The notes under the pieces were generated by a model, which was not told where the DNA came from, did not search any database, and saw only the letters and a program-made list of their open reading frames with translations. A stretch of DNA of 59,154 nt from a virus (Duplodnaviria; Caudoviricetes). This document shows positions 20,547 to 27,148 of this stretch, piece by piece. The position numbers and the translations under genes were made by a program. The DNA lies in IMG/VR virus record IMGVR_UViG_3300005326_000009, positions 1-59,154 of that record; one strand, 5' to 3'. Position 1 is the stretch's first letter; each line of letters starts with the position of its first letter.

Positions 20547-20853
20547 GATGATTGATATGGTTTGCCCTGTCTGTGGCAAGGGGTTTCAACGGGAGGAATG
20601 GAGGATTAAGCAAGCCCCACCAACCAAGGTGTTCTATTGTTCGATTAGTTGCGCAGCGAAAGTTAGCACCAAGAAGCCGCGCCCAGGTGCGCAACGCAAG
20701 GTAACGCTAACTTGTCATCACTGCGGGAGGGAGTTTCAACGTAAGCCTAGCGATGCAAGTGACCGAACGCGGCAGTTTTGTAATCGTTATTGTTGGGTAG
20801 CTTGGACGAAGACCGAGGAAGGGAAGACTATCAACATCGGCTATATTGATTGA
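20539..20853 (+). CDS. Tandem Zn-finger protein
   Basis: Two CxxCG..F...(Y/F)C...C repeats. Confidence 0.65.
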   Translation: MAKMIDMVCPVCGKGFQREEWRIKQAPPTKVFYCSISCAAKVSTKKPRPGAQRKVTLTCHHCGREFQRKPSDASDRTRQFCNRYCWVAWTKTEEGKTINIGYID

Positions 20854-20878
20854 CAAGTAACCGTATCAGGTGTATCAT
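20850..20878 (+). promoter_or_regulatory. sigma70 promoter TTGACA-17-TATCAT
   Basis: Near-consensus boxes with correct spacing. Confidence 0.6.
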
Positions 20879-21068
20879 GTGTACCAGAAGGGAGATAACT
20901 TATGATTCCTCTTTATGGTAAGCGAGGGTCAAATGTATTACCCTAAAGAACGCTTACAGCGCTTCTATACCCTTGGTCTCTCCATCTTGGGAATGCTTGA
21001 TACCACCACAGACGAAGTATGGGATTGGTATACAGACCGTGTGCTACAATTGTGGCAGGAGGTAGACT

Positions 21069-21602
21069 ATGACGATTGACTTTAAGAAAGACTTAGCTAT
21101 GTCTGAGAGTGCCGTCTTTGAACCCTACCTACAGGATGTATACCATTCCCTCTTCCCTGACTTAGTGGCGGCAGTCCGATTGAGCGGAGACACGCAAGGT
21201 CAACGGTTAGGCCATGACCGGATACTTTACTTAGCTAGTGGGCAAACGCTTTTCCTTGACGAAAAGCTAGACACCACAGACTGCCCTAACTTTGCAATGG
21301 AGTACGTAGCGAACGATAGAGCAAGCGATATTCAGCACCGTAGGGGATGGATAGAGAAACCCCTACAGATTGATTATATTCTCTATGCGTTCGTTGACTT
21401 CCCCCGCAAGGCGTACCTTCTCCCGTGGTCATTGCTACAGCTATCCTGGCAGCGTAACAAAGCGGCATGGTTAGACACCTATGGGGTTCGTAAGATTGTC
21501 AATGACCACGGGAGTTATACCACGCTTATTTGTCCTGTCCCTCGTAAGGTTATTCTACAAGCTATCTCTAACACTATGACAGTAAAGGAGACTTTTCGGT
21601 GA
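21069..21602 (+). CDS. PD-(D/E)XK restriction-endonuclease-like protein
   Basis: Q.LG.D......DEK......N...E......GW......DY..Y pattern. Confidence 0.6.
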   Translation: MTIDFKKDLAMSESAVFEPYLQDVYHSLFPDLVAAVRLSGDTQGQRLGHDRILYLASGQTLFLDEKLDTTDCPNFAMEYVANDRASDIQHRRGWIEKPLQIDYILYAFVDFPRKAYLLPWSLLQLSWQRNKAAWLDTYGVRKIVNDHGSYTTLICPVPRKVILQAISNTMTVKETFR

Positions 21603-21746
21603 TTCAGTTCCTCGTTTTGTTAGTGTGCGCTCCCGTAGTTATCCCTATTGTCTGGATTGCTACCTTGTTAGCGCACGTCTTGGCTTGGGTAAGAGAGTGC
21701 GGTTATCTTACCGTTGCCTACTTTGCCCTCTTTGAAAGGAAGCATC

Positions 21747-22349
21747 ATGCGGCATGTAATGATTGACATTGAAACCCTCGGTACTAAACCAGGGACAGCC
21801 CCCGTTCTTTCTATTGGCGCAGTCTCGTTTGACCCCTACGGGGAGAGCGTAGAAGCAAGCGGTATCAGTTCCTTCTATCGAGAGTTAACTCTTACCGGTC
21901 AGTTACAACCGCAAGGGCAATGCAGTGTTGACCCTGATACGCTTGCTTGGTGGTTCAGGACGAATGCCGAAGAGTTAGGCAGGCTTGTACGGGATGGCAA
22001 GGAACCCCTCTTTTCCGCGTTGAGCGAACTCTACAGCTTTTGCAAGGGGTGGGAAACAATTAACGGTTACTGGTCAAGAGGTAAGTTTGACTTAGCTATC
22101 CTTGAAGAGCGGTACAATGACATCGGCATGGGAGTCCCTTGGAAGTATAACCAAGCAAGGGAAGTTCGTACCCTGGAAGCTACCGTTAGACTCGTCTTCA
22201 CAGACAACGCACCACAGCCCTTGCACCGGGAGCAGGGGGGAGTACACAACGCCTTAGAGGATGCTATCTATCAAGCGCAGTGTGTGCAATACTGGCTATC
22301 TCACCTCTGTATGAACAGAGATATTGTAAAGGAGTTTACCAATGAGTAG
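21747..22349 (+). CDS. DEDDh 3'-5' exonuclease (Rv2179c/RNase AS-like)
   Basis: MIDIETLG, SIGAV.FD, W..G.FDL.IL, HNALEDA. Confidence 0.85.
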   Translation: MRHVMIDIETLGTKPGTAPVLSIGAVSFDPYGESVEASGISSFYRELTLTGQLQPQGQCSVDPDTLAWWFRTNAEELGRLVRDGKEPLFSALSELYSFCKGWETINGYWSRGKFDLAILEERYNDIGMGVPWKYNQAREVRTLEATVRLVFTDNAPQPLHREQGGVHNALEDAIYQAQCVQYWLSHLCMNRDIVKEFTNE

Positions 22350-23112
22350 AGAGCATGAGACTGAAGAGCTTGTACAGGACTTAGAAGAGGGTTGTACTCG
22401 CTCCCGCATTGACGAGCGTTACGACCTCGTACCGTTCTGTGGCTTGCGCCGAACGGCAGGACGGTTTGCCCTGGGAGCAGACAAGCATGGGGAAGGTGAC
22501 TGGAAGAACGGGCAACGGCCACAGACGGCAATCAATCACATGATTAAGCACCTATACCACTATAAGGAACTCCTTGAGGAAGGATACTCCCCCAAGCAGA
22601 TAGCTGAAATGGATGATGACATAGCGGCGATTGCTTGGGGAGCGTTTGCGCTTATGTGGTATGAGGAGAACATGCCTGAACTCTTCCCCCTGGGTAAGAA
22701 GGAGCTTACCCATGCTGAGCTACAAATCATTCGTGCTAATAGCTTGCCTTATGAAGAGGGGACAAGGATACTGCGCGAAATGGAAAAGGAGATGCGAGAA
22801 CGCCACGCGAAAGAGCGAGAGGAGTTTGAGACTTCGGTTGGTCCCGCACGGTTAAAGTATGGACGGGTAACGGCAGTAGAGTTTAACGAACGGTTGCGTA
22901 GTGTGGTAGCGGGAGAAGATACGCTTCCTGAGCTTGTGGATAAGCCCATTGGTGAAGCGCAAGCTTACTTCCCCCACGAAGAAGGGAAGTCCGTAAGCAC
23001 AGCAGACACTATCCCTCCTTACCCTTGTGAGGTATGCCCTGAGCAAAAGCAAGCACCTCTTTGCATTACCTGTGAGAAGACAGACGAATGGAATGATAAG
23101 TACGATGCTTGA
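22342..23112 (+). CDS. dATP/dGTP diphosphohydrolase-like (DUF5664) domain protein
   Basis: RYDLVP...GA.KHG...WK.G...H...H...AAIAW. Confidence 0.7.
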   Translation: MSREHETEELVQDLEEGCTRSRIDERYDLVPFCGLRRTAGRFALGADKHGEGDWKNGQRPQTAINHMIKHLYHYKELLEEGYSPKQIAEMDDDIAAIAWGAFALMWYEENMPELFPLGKKELTHAELQIIRANSLPYEEGTRILREMEKEMRERHAKEREEFETSVGPARLKYGRVTAVEFNERLRSVVAGEDTLPELVDKPIGEAQAYFPHEEGKSVSTADTIPPYPCEVCPEQKQAPLCITCEKTDEWNDKYDA

Positions 23113-23395
23113 AACTAAGATTACCGAAGCAATACATAAGTACCTGGACAGCGTGGATGCTTGGTACTTTAAGGTGTGGGGGAACGCTTTTCAAATGAGT
23201 GGAGTCCCTGACACGGTTGGTTGTTATAGGGGTAGGTTCGTTGCCCTGGAAACCAAGACAGCCGAAGGACGGTTGCGAGGTAACCAGAAAAAGCGGATAC
23301 GCGACATACGCAAGGCAGGGGGAGTTGCCGAGGTAGTTAGGTCCGTAGAGGACGTACAAACTATACTTGACAAATTAGATAAGTGTATCCTATAA
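23105..23395 (+). CDS. VRR-NUC domain nuclease (Holliday junction resolvase-like)
   Basis: E..I......GVPD...C..GRFVALETK...G.L...Q......GG...VVRS. Confidence 0.9.
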   Translation: MLETKITEAIHKYLDSVDAWYFKVWGNAFQMSGVPDTVGCYRGRFVALETKTAEGRLRGNQKKRIRDIRKAGGVAEVVRSVEDVQTILDKLDKCIL

Positions 23396-23396
23396 T
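23367..23396 (+). promoter_or_regulatory. Consensus sigma70 promoter TTGACA-18-TATAAT (P1)
   Basis: Perfect -35 and -10 boxes. Confidence 0.8.
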
Positions 23397-23399
23397 GAA

Positions 23400-23470
23400 C
23401 CTGCTCGTTTGATTACCTTCCTTCTAATGACCCTGTGTAGCTAGCTACTATGCAGGGTCAATTTTTATTT
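23400..23470 (+). ncRNA. Candidate sRNA 1: pyrimidine-rich leader (ACCTTCCTT) plus terminator hairpin
   Basis: Directly after P1; stem TGACCCTGTGTAG/CTATGCAGGGTCA plus T tract; no ORF. Confidence 0.45.
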
Positions 23471-23473
23471 GAG

Positions 23474-23641
23474 GAATTATCCGCGTAGAGGGTTTTACCC
23501 GCGTCAAGTGTGGTATACTCTTACTGTAGCCAGTGAGAGGATACGGTCTTGCAAGACAGATTACAGTCCCTTGCTGGCTACAAAGATATTTTTAGAATTA
23601 TCCGCGTAAAGGGTTTTATCCGTGTCAGAGTGTGGTATAAT
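23474..23641 (+). promoter_or_regulatory. Duplicated ~45-bp promoter units P2 (23474-23519) and P3 (23595-23641) with TTATCCGCGT-type direct repeats and extended -10
   Basis: GAATTATCCGCGTAGAGGGTTTTACCCGCGTCAAGTGTGGTATACT versus GAATTATCCGCGTAAAGGGTTTTATCCGTGTCAGAGTGTGGTATAAT. Confidence 0.7.
23525..23593 (+). ncRNA. Candidate sRNA 2 (about 60 nt, long stem with internal hairpin)
   Basis: TGTAGCCAGTGAGAGGA pairs with TCCCTTGCTGGCTACA; inner GTCT-TGCA-AGAC hairpin; starts about 6 nt after the P2 -10. Confidence 0.5.
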
Positions 23642-23647
23642 ATATAT

Positions 23648-23853
23648 GTAAGAGAGAATGGAGTTTGAAGAACTTGACTTCGTTCTAGGTAGCTATCGGC
23701 AAGCGAGTAATTGCTTGAGGTGCGAAGTTTTCCGACTGGTGGAGGTGAAACCCTCCACGCTACCCAAACAAAAGCCTCTCTTACGGAAGGTAGGAAACGG
23801 AAGGTTGCTTAAACCCTGTTCACTTGTGGCGAGGTGAGCAGGGTTTTTCTTTT
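23648..23853 (+). ncRNA. Candidate multibranch structured RNA with tRNA-like acceptor/T-arm, ending in a terminator
   Basis: Nested stems GTAAGAGAG/CTCTCTTAC, GTTTG/CAAAC, AGAAC/GTTCT, GGTAGC/GCTACC, TCGG/CCGA, CAAGC/GCTTG and GTGGAGG-TGAAAC-CCTCCAC; starts 7 nt after the P3 TATAAT. Confidence 0.6.
23811..23853 (+). terminator. Intrinsic terminator
   Basis: AAACCCTGTTCACTT...AGGTGAGCAGGGTTT followed by TTCTTTT. Confidence 0.8.
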
Positions 23854-23862
23854 GCGAAAGTG

Positions 23863-23891
23863 TTGACACGTTACTATGGATAAGGTATTAT
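23863..23891 (+). promoter_or_regulatory. sigma70 promoter TTGACA-17-TATTAT (P4) driving the small-ORF region
   Basis: Near-consensus boxes; a TATCCGCGT motif overlaps the predicted start site. Confidence 0.7.
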
Positions 23892-24122
23892 ATCCGCGTT
23901 GGGGGACACAAGCACAATGGACACATTCGCGACAGTACATAAAAAGGGAGAGCACAAAGCATATTATGCAGGGCAAGTCATTGCCACAGGTACCACGAAG
24001 GAAGAGTTAGCTACTGACCTCTTCCACAAGACAGGGGTTCGTATGAGTGAGTACCGGGTAACTTGCTCGGTCAACATGGAAAGAGGGGGAATCTCTAATA
24101 GCTGGCAACGAAGGGGGAAGCA

Positions 24123-24491
24123 ATGACAAACGAACAAGTCTTTAACAAGGCACATGCGGCAGGCATGAAAGCCGCGCAGGAAGTTACCGTCAATCCGATG
24201 ATTGTACAACAGAGGGCAAACGTCCTTGACGATAACTCACCAGTTACTCAGCAATGGCTTGTTGAGGATGGCGTATGTGGCTTTGCTTGGGTAAGCATTA
24301 AAGGCAATACCAAGTTTGGCCGTTGGGCAAGCAAGACAGGACGGGCAAGCAAGGGGTACCCCACAGGGCTTAATATATGGGTACATGAGTTTGGACAGAG
24401 CTACACGCGCAAGTATGCGTATGCACAAGCCTTTGCTAATGTCTTGCAGGAGAACGGTATTATTGCTTATGCGGGAGGAAGGTTAGACTAA
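24123..24491 (+). CDS. Conserved phage early protein of unknown function
   Basis: G.CGFAWV...QS..RK.AYA.AFA.VL...GI.A...RLD pattern that I recognise from phage early regions. Confidence 0.65.
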   Translation: MTNEQVFNKAHAAGMKAAQEVTVNPMIVQQRANVLDDNSPVTQQWLVEDGVCGFAWVSIKGNTKFGRWASKTGRASKGYPTGLNIWVHEFGQSYTRKYAYAQAFANVLQENGIIAYAGGRLD

Positions 24492-24772
24492 TGCGAGTGA
24501 CACAGTTAGGACCGAACAAAACCGAGTTAGCCGTTAACGGCTCAGTGATTCTCTACTCATACGAGACACCGGTAGCCGTGACTATCCTAACGACTACCTA
24601 TATTACCGCAGAGCGGTATAGCCGAACGACAAGTAGCCATATTAAGCAATGGCTAGACGGGAAACCTTACAAGCAGGTTGACCAAACGACTATTAAGAGC
24701 CTTGTTAACGCTATCACGTCCAAGGCTATCGACTTGCGGGATATTACCCGCATAGTGGGAGAGAGCGTATGA
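24491..24772 (+). CDS. Conserved phage early protein of unknown function
   Basis: SYETPVA...YSRTTSSHI..W motif. Confidence 0.6.
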   Translation: MRVTQLGPNKTELAVNGSVILYSYETPVAVTILTTTYITAERYSRTTSSHIKQWLDGKPYKQVDQTTIKSLVNAITSKAIDLRDITRIVGESV

Positions 24773-24959
24773 GGTTCAAAGTAACCAATCTTTGTTGGAA
24801 GAAGGGGGAAGAGTTTCACGAGGAGAGCACACTCTCCCCCCACCAACTTAAGGTGTTCTATCCGGTAGTATATGAGTGCTTTACCTTTCTCTCGAAAGCT
24901 ATGCGCATAGAGATAAGGTTTAGCAACGAACGTTTGCTTGTGGTAGAGGAGGTAATCAA

Positions 24960-25304
24960 TTGACAGCATTGTTAGAGCCGAAAACCGAATACAGAGACCG
25001 CTACACCGAAGAGCAATACGACGAGATGCTTAACGAGTGCCATGAGCAAGTCAAGCTTTGTGGCATGACCTTTGACCCTGCGTATGTGCTAAAACAAATT
25101 GACCCTGTGGCGTATCGCTGTGGCTTTGCCGACTATCAGGAAGAGGAAGAGGTGTTCCTTTGCCCTGTGTGCGGAGAAGAGCATGGTATAGAGGAGGAAG
25201 CAAGGTGGTGTTGTCAAGAGGAAGATGACTTCACTTGCCAATACTGCGGAGTCTTGCATGGTTCAACCGAGTTAGCCAAAGCTTGTTGTGAGGAGGAAGA
25301 GTAG
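24960..25304 (+). CDS. Highly acidic protein with two C-terminal Cys/His Zn repeats
   Basis: YDEMLNE...DPVAYRCG..DY; CxxCG..H......CC twice. Confidence 0.65.
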   Translation: MTALLEPKTEYRDRYTEEQYDEMLNECHEQVKLCGMTFDPAYVLKQIDPVAYRCGFADYQEEEEVFLCPVCGEEHGIEEEARWCCQEEDDFTCQYCGVLHGSTELAKACCEEEE

Positions 25305-25767
25305 TGTACGAAGTACAAGGAATAGACGGACGGTATAGCGTTAACGTGGAAGCGCTTGGAGAACTGCGCTTTGTGAATAACGAGGGGGAAGAGTACGCTC
25401 TTAAGGATATTTACCCTTTGTATAAGAAGGACTTTCCAAACGATGATATTACCTATGAGGACTTTGTAGTCCAATTCATCGCTATGCAAGTAAGGCATAA
25501 GTCGGAAGGAATGTCTACCTATAACATGCTAAGGATTGCTAGTAGCATTCGTAAAATAGAAGGAGGTGAGGACAATGACAGGGATAGAGAAGGAGCTAGC
25601 CCCTCGCTTGACGGATGACTTTATCCGCGTAGAAGTGGCGAAGATGGAGGAAGGTAAGTACAAGCTTATCATTAATGACTTAGCTATTAGCTATCATTCG
25701 ACACAGGTGGAAGCGCTTACTTCTGCCGCTGTCTTGGTAGAGTGCGTAGCGGCAGGAGGTTGCCCTG

Positions 25768-26337
25768 GTGGAGTTACACGTTTCTGAAGGTAACGTAAAG
25801 ATAGGGAACGTAGTTAGCGTATCGTTACCACCGGTACTTAGCTGCGTTCCCGGTATCCCTTGCCGTAAGAAGTGCTATGCCTTGAGAGCTTGGCGACTGT
25901 ACCCGAATACGCGCAAGGCATGGAAGGAGAACTTAGAGATTGCACAGCAAGACTTGGCTTACTTTGAAAGGGAGCTTATAGCCAACTTGCAAAAACGAAG
26001 AAGTAAGCGCTATTTTCGTTGGCATGTGAGCGGGGACATCCCCTTCCCGTCTTACGTTTCCATGATGATTAGAGTAGCGCTAGCTCTCCCTGATTGGCAC
26101 TTTGTCTGTATGACCAAGCGCTATTCATGGGTAGAGAAGAGGAACTTTCCCAGTAACCTGACTATGATTTGTTCAGCTTGGGGAAGCAATTGTCCTAAGA
26201 ATGACTTGCCCGTAGCACAAGTAGAGTTTAAGACCGGACCACGAAAGGAAGGAATCTATTGTCCCGGTACTTGTACGTCTTGCAAGCTTTGTTGGGAGTT
26301 AGAAAGGGGACAGACTATCGTATTTAAGGAACATTGA
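25768..26337 (+). CDS. Gp88-like Cys-rich (radical-SAM-related) protein
   Basis: GN.KIG....SLP...SC....C...CYA...YFRWHVSGD...TK...CPG.C..C..CW. Confidence 0.7.
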   Translation: MELHVSEGNVKIGNVVSVSLPPVLSCVPGIPCRKKCYALRAWRLYPNTRKAWKENLEIAQQDLAYFERELIANLQKRRSKRYFRWHVSGDIPFPSYVSMMIRVALALPDWHFVCMTKRYSWVEKRNFPSNLTMICSAWGSNCPKNDLPVAQVEFKTGPRKEGIYCPGTCTSCKLCWELERGQTIVFKEH

Positions 26338-26352
26338 GGAGGTAGACGTACT

Positions 26353-26826
26353 ATGTATTGGTATGACTATGTAATGTTTGGGATTGATATAGTACTTATT
26401 GTCTGCTTGATTGCAGGATTTATGGCTTTCATTGCCGCGCAAGCGAACTTTAAGATTGTTCACCAACGAATAGACGCTCTTGCCGAGCGGTTAAACGCAC
26501 GGCTTGACGCGGTAGTAGAGCAATCCCAAAATAATAGAGACCGGTCTCTCGATAATAGAGACCGGTCTCTCGATAATAGAGACCGAGCGCAGGATATGAT
26601 GCGCAAGACGGAAGAGTCTGCCGAAGAGATTAAGCGCATACATGAGGCAACGGGCAAGCTCTTTGAGCATACCCAAGCCGCTGCCGCTACCATTATGTCT
26701 GTGCATAATCGGTTGGGAGATGTAGAGAACTGGCAAAACCAGTTACGGGAACTTGCCCTTGATTGCCAGCAGGCAAAACGGCGAGTCGATGACATTGCAA
26801 AGCAGGTATATGGAGGAACACAGTGA
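26353..26826 (+). CDS. Membrane-anchored coiled-coil protein with a heptad tandem repeat
   Basis: N-terminal TM helix; NRDRSLD repeated about 2.6 times. Confidence 0.7.
   Translation: MYWYDYVMFGIDIVLIVCLIAGFMAFIAAQANFKIVHQRIDALAERLNARLDAVVEQSQNNRDRSLDNRDRSLDNRDRAQDMMRKTEESAEEIKRIHEATGKLFEHTQAAAATIMSVHNRLGDVENWQNQLRELALDCQQAKRRVDDIAKQVYGGTQ
26531..26585. repeat. 21-bp tandem repeat (about 2.6 copies), each full unit containing the palindrome AGAGACCGGTCTCT
   Basis: ATAATAGAGACCGGTCTCTCG repeated exactly. Confidence 0.9.
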
Positions 26827-27110
26827 ACGCTACACAGCAAACTCTTGAGAGAGCAAGGAAAGTGGTAGCTCGGGGAGCAGGGAGGCTCCCCGTCCTATTC
26901 ACCTATGAGGAGTACGAGCTAGCGCTGTATGCGTTAGACCGATTAATCGCACAGCTAGAAAGCAAGGAAGTCTATATCTGTGCCGAGTGTGAACGCCTCT
27001 ACGAACCGCGTAGACGGGACTCCCGCTACTGTTCAGCACATTGCCGTTGGACGGCACGAAATAAACGAAGAAAACCTATTGACACGGCTGTGCTAGGTGA
27101 GCTAGAATAA
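26823..27110 (+). CDS. CGNR-like Zn-finger protein
   Basis: CAEC...Y...R....YCS..CR...R. Confidence 0.6.
   Translation: MNATQQTLERARKVVARGAGRLPVLFTYEEYELALYALDRLIAQLESKEVYICAECERLYEPRRRDSRYCSAHCRWTARNKRRKPIDTAVLGELE
27079..27108 (+). promoter_or_regulatory. sigma70 promoter TTGACA-18-TAGAAT
   Basis: Near-consensus boxes upstream of the 27149 ORF. Confidence 0.6.
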
Positions 27111-27148
27111 ACGTGTAGGCAGCAAGCCACAAACAAAGGAGTGAACGA

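Noticed and set aside
23477-23625. DnaA boxes
   Set aside because: TTATCCGCG differs from TTATCCACA at two conserved positions and sits in promoter position, so an operator is more likely.
23474-23641. CRISPR mini-array (two ~45-bp repeats, Cas4-like gene elsewhere)
   Set aside because: The repeats end in -10 boxes, the intervening 75 bp is a self-folding stem, and there are only two imperfect copies. The Cas4-like gene is a common phage exonuclease.
23658-23837. 59-codon ORF MEFEELDFVLGSY...
   Set aside because: Weak RBS, runs into the terminator stem and overlaps an extensively paired structure. Not excluded, but less well supported than an RNA.
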